From a bacterium (lineage in GTDB: Bacteria; Hinthialibacterota; Hinthialibacteria; Hinthialibacterales; Hinthialibacteraceae): DNA of 64,000 nt. Where the stretch lies: contig CAXXMV010000008.1 in assembly GCA_963662285.2 (NCBI GenBank), positions 1,408,001-1,472,000 of the forward strand. The letters run 5' to 3'. The translations under genes and the position numbers were made by a program. Shown piece by piece: positions 11,208-21,608 of this stretch. The first letter of the stretch is position 1, and every line of letters begins with the position of its first letter. The notes beneath the pieces are model-generated. The model was given only the letters and a program-made list of their open reading frames with translations. It searched no databases and was not told where the DNA came from.

Positions 11208-12056
11208 ATGATGCTTTCTCGGTCAATAATAATTGGATGTGCCTTTCTACTAATATTTGCAGGATTATCTTACTCACAGGATCCTGCCAATGACCAGTTG
11301 TCGCCGCCTGAAATGCAAACTGCTGATGAAAATAACACCAACACCAACGCCGATGTCGGTGTTACCACAGGAATGGATTCAGCCTTGGCGCAAGCTAATC
11401 AGGCCTTTCTCGCTTTGTATAACCGGCAGTTTTTATTAGCTAAACAGCAATACGAAGCAGCAGCATCATCAAACGCCGAATATGATAAGATGGCTCAATT
11501 CTGCCAGAATATCCTTGATCGGCTTCGCGAAGTATATGACGAATATATGGAAATTTACGGAAAAACAATGTCCCAGACCTTCCGCATCGAACAATTAACC
11601 AAAGCAGAAGTCGATCGGATGTTGGATTTTCAAATGCGCCAAAACATAGCGGGACAAACGTTAGGTGAAATCGGGCTAATCGCCGATATCCCCGTTTCAG
11701 ACCTGGGTCTGGATTTTGAAGGTTCTGATCAACTCTCACTGGCCGAATACGTCATGTGGGTTAAACCTCGCAGCACTAACGAACGAATTTGGCAACGCGC
11801 CCGCAAACGATCCCTGAAACGCTCTATGACTATGGCGCGGCAAGAAATCAAACAACAACAACGCCAGGAACATTTCTCACGTCTGGAAGAAGCCCGGCGG
11901 CGTAGACTTGATCGCCAAGGCCAAGGCAATATGGGAGTTGGGGGCGGTATGGCTGGCGGCGGCGACTTTGGCGGCGGCGGTGGTATGGGCGGCGGCATGG
12001 GCGGCGGTATGATGGGTGGTATGGGCGGCGGCATGGGCGGCGGCATGGGCTTTTAA
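11208..12056 (+). CDS. Secreted hypothetical protein with Gly/Met-rich C-terminal tail
   Basis: Signal peptide, GGAGG SD, helical body, about 40-aa GGM repeat tail. Confidence 0.8.
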   Translation: MMLSRSIIIGCAFLLIFAGLSYSQDPANDQLSPPEMQTADENNTNTNADVGVTTGMDSALAQANQAFLALYNRQFLLAKQQYEAAASSNAEYDKMAQFCQNILDRLREVYDEYMEIYGKTMSQTFRIEQLTKAEVDRMLDFQMRQNIAGQTLGEIGLIADIPVSDLGLDFEGSDQLSLAEYVMWVKPRSTNERIWQRARKRSLKRSMTMARQEIKQQQRQEHFSRLEEARRRRLDRQGQGNMGVGGGMAGGGDFGGGGGMGGGMGGGMMGGMGGGMGGGMGF

Positions 12057-12106
12057 GTTATGCTCAGCCAACCCATGTTTTGTTTATAAATTCAGAAAAT
12101 TAATGC

Positions 12107-12134
12107 AGAGCGGCGATTTCGCCGCTCTCTTTGT
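12107..12134 (+). terminator. Intrinsic terminator
   Basis: AGAGCGGCG-ATTT-CGCCGCTCT followed by CTTTGT. Confidence 0.7.
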
Positions 12135-12200
12135 ATAAAGTCCTAATATAAAAAGATTCATAAATCACTCTGTCGATTAAACAACCGGGATATCATTAAC

Positions 12201-12902
12201 ATGACCAATCCAACTAAAGGAGAAAATGTTTTCTTCGCCGATCTTCATCACCCTGGAGGAGAAACAGAAGAAATCACCCGTTTATTGAACGAAATCCCAA
12301 CCAACGCACAACGCATTTTCTTCCTGGGCGATCTATTTCATTTCTGGATCAATGAACAAAGTTTTATTCAATCAAAATATGAACCATTCCTCAATCATCT
12401 AGAACAATGGGCTAAACAAGGCCTTCAGTTATTTTTTCTGGAAGGCAACCGCGATTTCTTGGCCTCGCATTTTTTCGAAAACCAACCCTGGATTGACGTC
12501 CTGCCGAATCCGACTGTAATCGACATTGGCGGGCGAGCAGTATATATCGGCCATGGTGATGAACTATGCTGGAATGACTGGGCTTATCAATTATATAAAA
12601 GTATCATACGATCTGCTCCCATGCGATATCTTGCCGACCGATTACCAGCCCAAATCAGACTTCGCACTGCACTACGACTTTCACAGGCAAGCAACAAAAT
12701 CGTATCTAACAAAACAAAATCAACCTTAGCCGTACCTCAACGCGCTTACGAATCTATCATCAATTCCGGAATTGACGTTATCGTTCATGGACACTTACAT
12801 CAAACTTATCAACGTATAATCTCAGTAAACGGAAGACAAGGACAAGTTCTTGCCTTCGGTTGGAAAGATGGTCAACGCAACATTATCCACTTTAGCGACT
12901 AG
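12201..12902 (+). CDS. lpxH: UDP-2,3-diacylglucosamine hydrolase (LpxH-like metallophosphoesterase)
   Basis: DLH, GDLF, GNRD (LpxH signature), HGD, HGHLH. Confidence 0.8.
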   Translation: MTNPTKGENVFFADLHHPGGETEEITRLLNEIPTNAQRIFFLGDLFHFWINEQSFIQSKYEPFLNHLEQWAKQGLQLFFLEGNRDFLASHFFENQPWIDVLPNPTVIDIGGRAVYIGHGDELCWNDWAYQLYKSIIRSAPMRYLADRLPAQIRLRTALRLSQASNKIVSNKTKSTLAVPQRAYESIINSGIDVIVHGHLHQTYQRIISVNGRQGQVLAFGWKDGQRNIIHFSD

Positions 12903-13012
12903 AGCGGTTAACAAAAATTTTTGGGGTTATTATCACGATTGATCTAAAAAAAACCAATCTTTTCTTGCTTGTTAAAATTGCTATCCAGAACGTTATTATT
13001 AAAATCGCTCAA
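12900..13012 (+). repeat. ~114-bp MITE-like element, copy A
   Basis: TAGAGCGGTTAACAAAA ... ATCCAGAACGTTATTATTAAAATCGCTCAA. Its first TAG is the lpxH stop codon. Confidence 0.75.
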
Positions 13013-13103
13013 AATCTTCGATTGAGATATTGTACTATTTCAATAAACTACCTAATATAATACTTTCCGAAAGGGAATAATGCGATAATCCGCCACTGGC
13101 GAT

Positions 13104-13218
13104 TAGAGCGATTAACAAAATTGTGCTGTTGTATAATCACGCGTGGTCTTCGAAAAAGCTTATCTTTTTCTGGATTTTTCGAATCGCCATCCAGAACGTT
13201 GTTATGCAAAACACTCTA
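13104..13218 (+). repeat. ~114-bp MITE-like element, copy B
   Basis: TAGAGCGATTAACAAAA ... ATCCAGAACGTTGTTATGCAAAACACTCTA; colinear with copy A. Confidence 0.75.
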
Positions 13219-13231
13219 ACGGATAAAACCC

Positions 13232-13723
13232 ATGACAACTCTTCGCAATAAAATATTAGAAATCCTTGACGCCGATGCACGCAATACTCCTGCTGAAGTA
13301 GCAGTGATGATTGGAGAAGAGGAACAAACCGTAGCCAATGAAATTGATAATATGGAAAAAGAAGGCTTGATCCTCGGCTACAGAGCAGTCGTCAATTCCG
13401 ATAAAATTCTGGAAGACAAAGTCTCATGCGTTATCGAAGTATCAGTACAACCCGAACGAGGTCACGGATTCGATAAGATTGCCGAACGGATATATCGCTT
13501 TCCTGAAGTTAGATCTGTATTTTTAGTTTCAGGCGGGTATGACCTGTTAGTTATTCTTGAAGGAAGAACCATGCGGGAGATTGCGGACTTTGTCATCGAA
13601 AAACTATCGGTTCTTCCTAACGTACATGCAACTTCGTCTCATTTCCTTTTGAAAAAATACAAAGAATTGGGTACTATTCTGGTCCAATCCGGTCAAAGAG
13701 AAAGAATGCCTGTTAGCCCATAA
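13232..13723 (+). CDS. Lrp/AsnC family transcriptional regulator (YugG/AlaR-like)
   Basis: N-terminal HTH (ILEILDADARNTPAEVA...MEKEGLILGY) and RAM domain (FPEVRSVFLVSGGYDL); paired with an aminotransferase. Confidence 0.93.
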   Translation: MTTLRNKILEILDADARNTPAEVAVMIGEEEQTVANEIDNMEKEGLILGYRAVVNSDKILEDKVSCVIEVSVQPERGHGFDKIAERIYRFPEVRSVFLVSGGYDLLVILEGRTMREIADFVIEKLSVLPNVHATSSHFLLKKYKELGTILVQSGQRERMPVSP

Positions 13724-13790
13724 ATAAGTTGCAGAATAAATGCCTGTTAGTCATTAAAAGGTATAGAAAGAATGCCTGCTAGTCATTAGA
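13699..13790 (+). repeat. Three tandem ~25-bp direct repeats (period 34 and 32 bp)
   Basis: AGAAAGAATGCCTGTTAGCCCATAA (13699), AGAATAAATGCCTGTTAGTCATTAA (13733), AGAAAGAATGCCTGCTAGTCATTAG (13765). Confidence 0.85.
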
Positions 13791-13806
13791 AAAAGGCGAA
13801 AAAGAA

Positions 13807-15006
13807 ATGAATGTAACTACATTACCCCAAACTGTTTATTCTAAATCACGCATCAATACAAGGGTGGAACAAACAGTTCCATCAGGCATACGTGCATTTT
13901 TTGATCTAGTCATAGGAAAAGACGATGTAATATCTCTGGGCGTTGGCGAACCGGATTTCGCTACTCCCTGGCATATTTGCGAAGCGGGAATCCACTCTCT
14001 TGAAACCGGGCGAACCAGTTATTCATCAAACAATGGTCTGCTGGAACTGCGCGAGGAGATATCTTTATTTTTACATAAAGCAACAGGCGCATCTTACGAC
14101 CCGGTTGATAATATTATTGTAACCGTCGGCGGCAGCGAAGGTATTGACCTGGCCTTCCGCACATTACTTAATCCCAATGAAGAAGCCATCATAGTCGAGC
14201 CATCCTTCGTGTCATACGCTCCACTCACATTCCTGGCGGGCGGCATCCCCATCCATCTACCCACTTATGCGGAAAACGGATTTGCGCCTACTATAGAAGA
14301 CTTAGAGAAAGCCGTCACTCCATCGACTCGCGCCATGATTGTTAATTATCCCAACAATCCAACTGGAGCAACTATTTCAGATAAACAGATCGATGAGATC
14401 ATAGAATTCGTAATACGTCACGATCTTGTCCTTATCAGCGATGAAATCTATGTTCCATTAACTTATGAAAAGGAATGTAAATCATTTGCATCCCGTGAGA
14501 AAATACGGGATCGGTTGGTTCTGCTTCACGGTTTTTCCAAAGCCTGGGCCATGACTGGATGGCGCTTGGGAATTGCGGCGGGTCCATCCGATATTATTAA
14601 AGGCATGGGGAAAATTCATCAATATAATGTCATGTGCCCACCCACTGTAGCGCAATACGCCGCCATCGAAGCGCTGAGGCATGGTGATGAAGAGGTGGAA
14701 AATATGCGCAGGGAATATGACCGGAGACGGCGATTCATCACTCATCACTTTAACCGGATTGGTTTGGATTGCTTTGAACCTTTCGGAGCTTTTTACGCTT
14801 TCCCGTCAATAAAAATTACCGGAATGACATCACAGGAATTTGCGGAAAAACTACTGGAAGAAGAGAATGTAGCTGTAGTCCCGGGTAATGTGTTCGGAGA
14901 ATGCGGCGAAGGTTTCGTGCGATGCTCTTACGCCACATCGTTGGATGAAATCAGAGAAGCGGTTAAACGTATAGAGAATTTCGTTAAACGTCACCAACAG
15001 GCATAA
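13807..15006 (+). CDS. PLP-dependent aminotransferase class I/II (YugH/AlaT-like)
   Basis: SLGVGEPDF, NYPNNPTG, SDEIY, GFSKAWAMTGWRLG. Confidence 0.95.
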   Translation: MNVTTLPQTVYSKSRINTRVEQTVPSGIRAFFDLVIGKDDVISLGVGEPDFATPWHICEAGIHSLETGRTSYSSNNGLLELREEISLFLHKATGASYDPVDNIIVTVGGSEGIDLAFRTLLNPNEEAIIVEPSFVSYAPLTFLAGGIPIHLPTYAENGFAPTIEDLEKAVTPSTRAMIVNYPNNPTGATISDKQIDEIIEFVIRHDLVLISDEIYVPLTYEKECKSFASREKIRDRLVLLHGFSKAWAMTGWRLGIAAGPSDIIKGMGKIHQYNVMCPPTVAQYAAIEALRHGDEEVENMRREYDRRRRFITHHFNRIGLDCFEPFGAFYAFPSIKITGMTSQEFAEKLLEEENVAVVPGNVFGECGEGFVRCSYATSLDEIREAVKRIENFVKRHQQA

Positions 15007-15127
15007 AACCAACAAGCCTAAATTAAATAAACCACTGTAGTCGAAGAGTTTATAGGAATTATTCTAAGGTCAGGTCGCCAAGTCTCCTCTCCCTTCCGGG
15101 AGTGGGTGAAACTGTAATACGTCTGCC

Positions 15128-16234
15128 TTAATCGTCTTTCAAGTCATAGAGTTTATCGAATGTTCCCTGATTCACAAGATGAACCAGGGCGCCGACTACC
15201 TTGGGATCAAAAGCTGTGCCGCTGTTTTCCTGATAGAATTTTATGATCTTGCTTTTGGTCCAGGCTTTTTTATAGACTCGTTCTGTTGCCAAAGCATCGA
15301 AAACCTCCGCTACCATCAAGAAGCGGCTATTGAAGTGTATTTCATCGCCTTTCAAACCTCGCGGGTAACCCTTGCCATCCATTCTTTCATGGTGTTCGTG
15401 TACATACATACTAACTTCCCGCAGGGATGGAATCGGCGCAAGAATTTTATAACCGATATAGGGGTGAGTTTTCATGATATTATATTCTTCATCCGTCAAT
15501 TTATCCGGTTTGAGAAGAATTGAATCAGGCACTCCAATTTTACCGACATCATGCAATAAAGCGGCAAGACGAAGTGAAATATCATACGATTCATCAATAC
15601 CCAATTCGCGGGCGAAGGTTATCACCATATCCGAAACCCGCTTGGCATGACCCTGAGTATACGGGTCTCTGGCTTCAAGGGCATTTGACAAAGATTTAAC
15701 TGAATTAATCAAAAAATCCTGTAATTCCCTGGTACGTTCATTGACCTCCATCTCAAGATTTTCCTGATAAGATCGGTTCTGCATAGCCAAACGCCGATAA
15801 TGCAAAGCCCGAGTTAAGGTAACTTGTACATAATCAAGATTAAAAGGTTTGGTTAAATAATCATAAGCTCCAAGGCGGATGGCATCGATGGCGTTATCCA
15901 AAGTAGGACGACCGGTCATTAAAACAAAAGGGGTCAGAGGAGATGTATCCAAAGCGATTGCTAAAAGATCGTGCCCGGTAACTCCGTAAGGCATATATAT
16001 ATCAGACAGAATCGCATCATAAACGTTTTCTCTATTCTGAATCCAACTGGCAGCTTCCTTCGGATCAGAGGTGGCATCGCAATGTACGCCTTTTTGACTT
16101 AAAAATTGAGTTAAAATATCACAAATAATTTCATCATCATCAATAACCAGAATACGAGCGCCAATGAAAAAACCGGCATCTTCTTCAGGAGTTATAAACT
16201 GAGATGTAGAAGTTAAAAAGTCCTTCTCTTTCAT
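15128..16234 (-). CDS. Response regulator with HD-GYP c-di-GMP phosphodiesterase domain (RpfG family)
   Basis: REC domain (ILVIDDD, SDIYMP, YLTKPF) plus LHDVGK and HHERMDGKGYP. Confidence 0.95.
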   Translation of the reverse strand: MKEKDFLTSTSQFITPEEDAGFFIGARILVIDDDEIICDILTQFLSQKGVHCDATSDPKEAASWIQNRENVYDAILSDIYMPYGVTGHDLLAIALDTSPLTPFVLMTGRPTLDNAIDAIRLGAYDYLTKPFNLDYVQVTLTRALHYRRLAMQNRSYQENLEMEVNERTRELQDFLINSVKSLSNALEARDPYTQGHAKRVSDMVITFARELGIDESYDISLRLAALLHDVGKIGVPDSILLKPDKLTDEEYNIMKTHPYIGYKILAPIPSLREVSMYVHEHHERMDGKGYPRGLKGDEIHFNSRFLMVAEVFDALATERVYKKAWTKSKIIKFYQENSGTAFDPKVVGALVHLVNQGTFDKLYDLKDD

Positions 16235-16428
16235 AAGTTTAACTAATTCCTATTTCAGTTTAATTAAAAAAAATCAACCTTCCATTTGCATGGAGTCAAG
16301 AAAGAACCTATTATAATTTCTTCTCTTATAAATGAAGTGTAACTTCTGCAAGCGTTAGTTTACAGAGGTAAAATGGTTTTAATCTTTTATCATGTTAAAA
16401 TCACATAGAGATGGAAAGGAACGTTACA

Positions 16429-17346
16429 ATGTTCGAAGGATCTGCAGTTGCGCTTATTACCCCATTTACCGAAAATGGCATTAATTTCGGCGCATTAGAG
16501 AAATTAATTGATTTCCATGTTCTAGCCGAGACCGAGTGTATACTAGTCTGCGGAACAACTGGAGAATCATCAACCCTGACGCACAGCGAACACAAAGAGT
16601 TAATCAAACATTCAGCAGCTTATTTAAAATCAGTCAGAGGTGACAAGCAATTCCCTTTACTAATGGCTGGTTCGGGCAGCAACAACACACGTGAAGCTTT
16701 AGATTTAACCAAAGCAGCCCAGGAAGACGGCGCTGATATATCACTACAAATCACTCCTTATTATAATAAGCCAACTCAACCTGGTTTATTATATCATTTT
16801 CAAACATTGGCGAGAGAAATTGACATTCCCCAGGTGGTCTATAACATTCAAAGCCGTACAGGCATCAATGTCAGCCTGGAAACAATGGTGGAACTGGCCC
16901 ATGAAAAGAATATTATCGGAGTAAAAGAAGCCAGCGGCGACATCAATCAGATATCAGAGGTCTGCCGTTTGACGCCGGACGATTTTTACGTCTGGTCGGG
17001 AGATGACGGCCTGACTCTTCCTCTCTTGGCGGTAGGCGGCAAAGGAGTGATTTCAGTATCGGCCAATATCATTCCCAAAGACGTCCGCGCTATGGTTCAC
17101 GCCTACTTAAAAGGCGATCATGCAGAAGCATTGCGATTACACAGAAAAATGACTCCGCTAAACAAAGCGATGTTTATTGAGACTAATCCCATTCCAGTAA
17201 AAACAGCTGTCTCAATACTCAGCGAATCACCAGAAACCGGATTGCCTCATTGCGGACTGTTTCGACCTCCGATAGTACCCTTAACCGCTCCAAGCGAAGT
17301 TATACTTAGATCGGCTATGAGAGATTACGGATTGCCCGTTGCTTAA
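16429..17346 (+). CDS. dapA: 4-hydroxy-tetrahydrodipicolinate synthase
   Basis: ALITPF, GTTGES, TPYYNKP, YNIQSRTG, GVKEASG, NPIPVK. Start at 16429 chosen from the AAGGA SD. Confidence 0.96.
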   Translation: MFEGSAVALITPFTENGINFGALEKLIDFHVLAETECILVCGTTGESSTLTHSEHKELIKHSAAYLKSVRGDKQFPLLMAGSGSNNTREALDLTKAAQEDGADISLQITPYYNKPTQPGLLYHFQTLAREIDIPQVVYNIQSRTGINVSLETMVELAHEKNIIGVKEASGDINQISEVCRLTPDDFYVWSGDDGLTLPLLAVGGKGVISVSANIIPKDVRAMVHAYLKGDHAEALRLHRKMTPLNKAMFIETNPIPVKTAVSILSESPETGLPHCGLFRPPIVPLTAPSEVILRSAMRDYGLPVA

Positions 17347-17392
17347 TCTGTTTTTTTTGTCAAACGCACCGATTGCGCAAGGTCCAGCCGCG

Positions 17393-19942
17393 ATGATGAA
17401 GATGACCAATCGTTTCTTGATCTACATAATGGTATTTTTGATTACCGGCGGGTGTTTTTTGTCTATATTACCATCCGCCGGTCTTACCCAGGAAGAAATG
17501 CCTCCTCAAACATTGAGCGCAGAGGATATCAATTCGCTTCGAACCAAGATTTTCTCCAATGCTACGGATTTCAAACAAAGAACAAAAATCGCTTCCACAT
17601 TGACCCGATTGCTGCAGATCAAAAACCGCAGCCGTCATGCACGACGATTATGCCTTGATTTTTATTCTTCTGCTGCAATTCAAATAAAAGACTCATCACC
17701 TTCATCATCAATCACCCTGGCGCAGCCCTATGAAGAATGGGCGCAGGCAATCGATAAAGGCATACGTCAAGAAACAATCTCAAAGATAGATGCCTATCTC
17801 AAAACAAATCCCGATGCAGCGCCGCATCCATATCTGGCGCTTTTAGCGCTTAAAGCCAATAGTATGAATCTGGCCTACTATGCGCTATTTGAGGATATAT
17901 CCGATAAACTAGTCGAGACCAGTTCACTCTACGTTCTCGGCATCCTCGCCGCCCGTGAAAGCCGGTTTATCGAAGCCGAACGCTTTATGATCCGGGCGCA
18001 GAACGGATTAGGTTCACCACTCCTGGAACGATGGCTTCTGCTCGATTTAGCCAAAATATCCATCGTTAATAAAAAAATCGACGAAGCCCATAGATTTATT
18101 CAACAATTGCTCAATCAGAATCCAAAAGACGCTCAAGCCTTATGTATTATGATCATGAGCAACATGGATAATAAAAAAGATCTGGCCCGGCAGCAGTTAT
18201 CCCAGTTAATCGATATCCTTTACCCGGATCCTTACCTCATCGCAGAGACGGCGAAACTGGCCATCAAACTGATGGAAATGGATACAGCGTCAAACATTCT
18301 TGAAAAATTTGCGCCTCAAGTCGAACCGAACCGTGACTTTTATGAGATATTCGCATTCGTCAGAAAGAATCAAGGCAAAGAAGACCAGGCTGAAGAATGG
18401 GCCGCCAAAGCTCGCCAAATTCAAGAATTTAGAGTTGCCGTATCTATGGAGACTCCTCTCGACAAAGAGTTGAAAGAGGCTGTCGATCTCCGGAATCAAC
18501 GAAAAGCCGATATCGATAAATTAGAAGGCATGGATAGGATATCAAAGGCCTATTATTGCCTGTTAGATGCAGATCATGAAAATGCTATTGCTATTCTGCA
18601 ACATCCCCAAGCAACCACATACGAGTCCTTCATCCTGGCCGATATCCAACGGAGGGCCGGTTTGATTAGAGATGCCGCAGGCGTCCTTCGCTCGCTGAAA
18701 ACTAATCACCCGGATTTCAGGCCATACCAGGTACTTACGCTTCTGGCCGATTTCAATGTACGTCTGGGAGATACAACACAAGCAATCGCCTTATATACAG
18801 AATTAAAAAATCGCTTCCCTCTATCATATCAAGCCGAAGTCTCTAAGAGAGTTTTAAGCAATCCCAAAATACTTGAAGCCCCCCAATGGAATCAACCAAT
18901 CCCCATATCTAACAGAGCATCTCGTTTCGCTCAGTATGCGGCGCCTTTCGCGTTGACGGAAATCAGGAAATATTGGGGCGACCCCATCTCGTTCGCTTCT
19001 TTAGCCAATCTACTTGGCGTATCACCTCACCGGGGAGTTTCGTTTGCTGAATTAGTTACTGTCATCAATTCATTAACTCGTTACCAGGTCACGCCTTTCA
19101 CCGGCGTGAAAGAAGCCATTTTCGATTGCCTACAGCAAAAAATTCCCATTTTATACTGCCAGGGAGAAATGTTCAGCAATCAGTTGATCACTCGTTTAAC
19201 CTTACTGACCGGAGCGGATGAATCCAGAGAGATATTCTATGCCGAAGGCATCACTCCCTATGAAACGCACATATTAACCGAAACAGAAACCATGGGAGGG
19301 ATATGTTGCGCTCTATACCCATCAACCATGGAACCACAATGGAGCAATGAGACGCTATCAGCCATCGAAAAGGGTAAAGAATTTATAAAGCTGCACATGG
19401 AAGCATCCCGCATCCGCACCGATCCCAATTATGATGCTCTGAGTTTTATGGAACGACGTAATACAATCTTAAAAGAAACGACCCCACAATCAGTGGCTCT
19501 TCAACTTGCCTTCTGCCATTGGATAACCAAAAACCAGCCCGCCTCAATCGCCCTTCAGTATTTGAAAAAGGCTGAAGAATCATGCGGAGAAAATGCTATT
19601 TTCCAGTTCTTACTGGCTGAATTGAATTCCCGACTTAAAAAGCCTGAACAAACCAATACCGCTCTGGATAAAGCTATTAATCGTAATCCGGAGACGCCCC
19701 GTTTCGAACTGGCGAGAGTACGTATTTTAAGCCAGTCTGATAAAACAGAGATTGCGATAACAGAAGCGGAAAAACTCCGCGATCAGTTTACTGATGATCC
19801 TACTATTTCTTTTCAGCTCCTTTTGTTATATAAAGAATCCGGCAATACTGAAAAAATGATTGCAGAAGAAGCGCGACTCGAAAAACTTATTCACCGGAAT
19901 ATCAATATTGATCCTGAAACAGATGTTGAACCAATGCAATAA
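17393..19942 (+). CDS. Exported TPR-repeat protein with a central C39-peptidase-like domain
   Basis: Signal peptide, multiple TPR-like helices, segment QYAAPFAL..IRKYWG..LANLLG..GVSFAEL..KIPIL. Start uncertain. Confidence 0.75.
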   Translation: MMKMTNRFLIYIMVFLITGGCFLSILPSAGLTQEEMPPQTLSAEDINSLRTKIFSNATDFKQRTKIASTLTRLLQIKNRSRHARRLCLDFYSSAAIQIKDSSPSSSITLAQPYEEWAQAIDKGIRQETISKIDAYLKTNPDAAPHPYLALLALKANSMNLAYYALFEDISDKLVETSSLYVLGILAARESRFIEAERFMIRAQNGLGSPLLERWLLLDLAKISIVNKKIDEAHRFIQQLLNQNPKDAQALCIMIMSNMDNKKDLARQQLSQLIDILYPDPYLIAETAKLAIKLMEMDTASNILEKFAPQVEPNRDFYEIFAFVRKNQGKEDQAEEWAAKARQIQEFRVAVSMETPLDKELKEAVDLRNQRKADIDKLEGMDRISKAYYCLLDADHENAIAILQHPQATTYESFILADIQRRAGLIRDAAGVLRSLKTNHPDFRPYQVLTLLADFNVRLGDTTQAIALYTELKNRFPLSYQAEVSKRVLSNPKILEAPQWNQPIPISNRASRFAQYAAPFALTEIRKYWGDPISFASLANLLGVSPHRGVSFAELVTVINSLTRYQVTPFTGVKEAIFDCLQQKIPILYCQGEMFSNQLITRLTLLTGADESREIFYAEGITPYETHILTETETMGGICCALYPSTMEPQWSNETLSAIEKGKEFIKLHMEASRIRTDPNYDALSFMERRNTILKETTPQSVALQLAFCHWITKNQPASIALQYLKKAEESCGENAIFQFLLAELNSRLKKPEQTNTALDKAINRNPETPRFELARVRILSQSDKTEIAITEAEKLRDQFTDDPTISFQLLLLYKESGNTEKMIAEEARLEKLIHRNINIDPETDVEPMQ

Positions 19943-19962
19943 CTTATTACAAGTAAAAAATT

Positions 19963-21588
19963 ATGCATACAAAATCCTTCAGTAAATCAAATATCACCCT
20001 CAGATTTTTCTTCAGTTTACTGTTACTTATTTTTTGTTTGTCATCTTATGGTCAAACGACATTCACTAAATCACTTCAGATTGAACCTGGAGAGAGATGG
20101 TGGGGAGGCGCCATAGTTGATGGCCATATCATGCCCTTTGGAGATGATTTTTACTCATACGACATGCTGGGCGACACCAAAGGCAACCAGAGCCAGCCAT
20201 TACTGATATCCAATCATGGCCGCTATGTATGGTGCGATGATCCATTTGAATTTGAATTTAATGAAGGAGTCTTAAAACTATCATCCTCATTCAGCGATTT
20301 CCAATCAGGAAAAGCTGGCCAAACCTTAAAAGACGCATATTTACATGCCAGTCAAGCATTTTTCCCCCCAGCCGGAAAGATTCCAGCGGAGATTCTATTC
20401 ACTCAACCTCAATACAACACTTGGATAGAATTAATGTATGACCAGAACCAGGATGATATCCTGCAATATGCTGAAGATATTATCAAACATGGATTCCCCC
20501 CCGGCGTTTTAATGATTGATGATAATTGGCAGGAAGATTATGGAACATGGGAATTCAAAGCAGAACGTTTCTCTAATCCCAAAGGAATGATCGATAAACT
20601 TCACGCAATGGGCTTCAAGGTTATGTTATGGGTATGCCCCTTCATCAGCGCCGACTCTCCCGTCTACCGAGAACTTAAACGCAAAAGAGTACTGATGTCC
20701 GAAGACGACAATCAAGCCGTTCCGGCCATAGTACGCTGGTGGAATGGCGCCAGCGCATTGATTGACTTGAGCAATCCTGAAGGAGAGCAATGGTTTCACC
20801 AGCAACTGCAAAATCTGGTTGATAAATACCAGGTGGATGGCTTCAAATTGGATGCCGGAGACGCTCTATACTATACTGGAGATATTTGCGCATCACAGGA
20901 ATTGCATGCCAATCAACATACCGAACTTTTCGCCAAAATCGGATTGGATTTCCCCATGAACGAATACCGGGCCTGCTGGAAAATGGCCGGACAGCCCCTG
21001 GTTCAACGCCTGCGCGACAAGAGCCACAGCTGGGATGACCTGCGCAAACTAATTCCGGGCATCCTAACCCAGGGCTTAGTAGGCTATGCCTATACATGCC
21101 CCGATCTGATCGGTGGAGGCGAATTCACTTCTTTCTTGAATCTGGATAAAATTGATCAGGAATTGATAGTACGTTCGGCGCAATGCCATGCCTTGATGCC
21201 CATGATGCAGTTTTCCGTTGCGCCTTGGAGAGTTCTGGATCAAGAAAAACTGGATATTTGCAGGAATATGGCAGTATTGCATACCCGAATGGCCGATGAG
21301 ATAATCAATCTGGCCAGGCAATCTTCCAAAACTGGCGAACCAATTGTAAGGCACATGGAATACGCCTATCCAAACCAGGGATTCACCAACATTCAAGACC
21401 AGTTCATGCTGGGTGATGATATCCTTGTAGCGCCGGTGCTACAACAAAACACGGATGAAAGAATAGTACTTTTCCCCAAAGGAAAATGGCAAGGCGACGA
21501 TGGCGCAATCATCAACGGCCCCTGCCGCATAACCATAAAAGCGCCCTTGCATCGTTTACCATGGTTCAAACGCCAACCAAGCCAATAA
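19963..21588 (+). CDS. Glycoside hydrolase family 31
   Basis: PQYNTW, MIDDNWQ, DGFKLDAGD, CPDLIGGG, DQFMLGDDILVAPV; signal peptide. Confidence 0.92.
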   Translation: MHTKSFSKSNITLRFFFSLLLLIFCLSSYGQTTFTKSLQIEPGERWWGGAIVDGHIMPFGDDFYSYDMLGDTKGNQSQPLLISNHGRYVWCDDPFEFEFNEGVLKLSSSFSDFQSGKAGQTLKDAYLHASQAFFPPAGKIPAEILFTQPQYNTWIELMYDQNQDDILQYAEDIIKHGFPPGVLMIDDNWQEDYGTWEFKAERFSNPKGMIDKLHAMGFKVMLWVCPFISADSPVYRELKRKRVLMSEDDNQAVPAIVRWWNGASALIDLSNPEGEQWFHQQLQNLVDKYQVDGFKLDAGDALYYTGDICASQELHANQHTELFAKIGLDFPMNEYRACWKMAGQPLVQRLRDKSHSWDDLRKLIPGILTQGLVGYAYTCPDLIGGGEFTSFLNLDKIDQELIVRSAQCHALMPMMQFSVAPWRVLDQEKLDICRNMAVLHTRMADEIINLARQSSKTGEPIVRHMEYAYPNQGFTNIQDQFMLGDDILVAPVLQQNTDERIVLFPKGKWQGDDGAIINGPCRITIKAPLHRLPWFKRQPSQ

Positions 21589-21608
21589 ATATCACATATC
21601 ACTAACCG

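Noticed and set aside
11929-12053. GGC-rich tandem repeat as a non-coding repeat
   Set aside because: Explained by Gly/Met codons of the CDS. The same applies to 44916-45050.
13699-13790. Mini CRISPR array
   Set aside because: Spacers are only 7-9 bp, the repeats are degenerate, the first lies in a CDS, and there are no cas genes.
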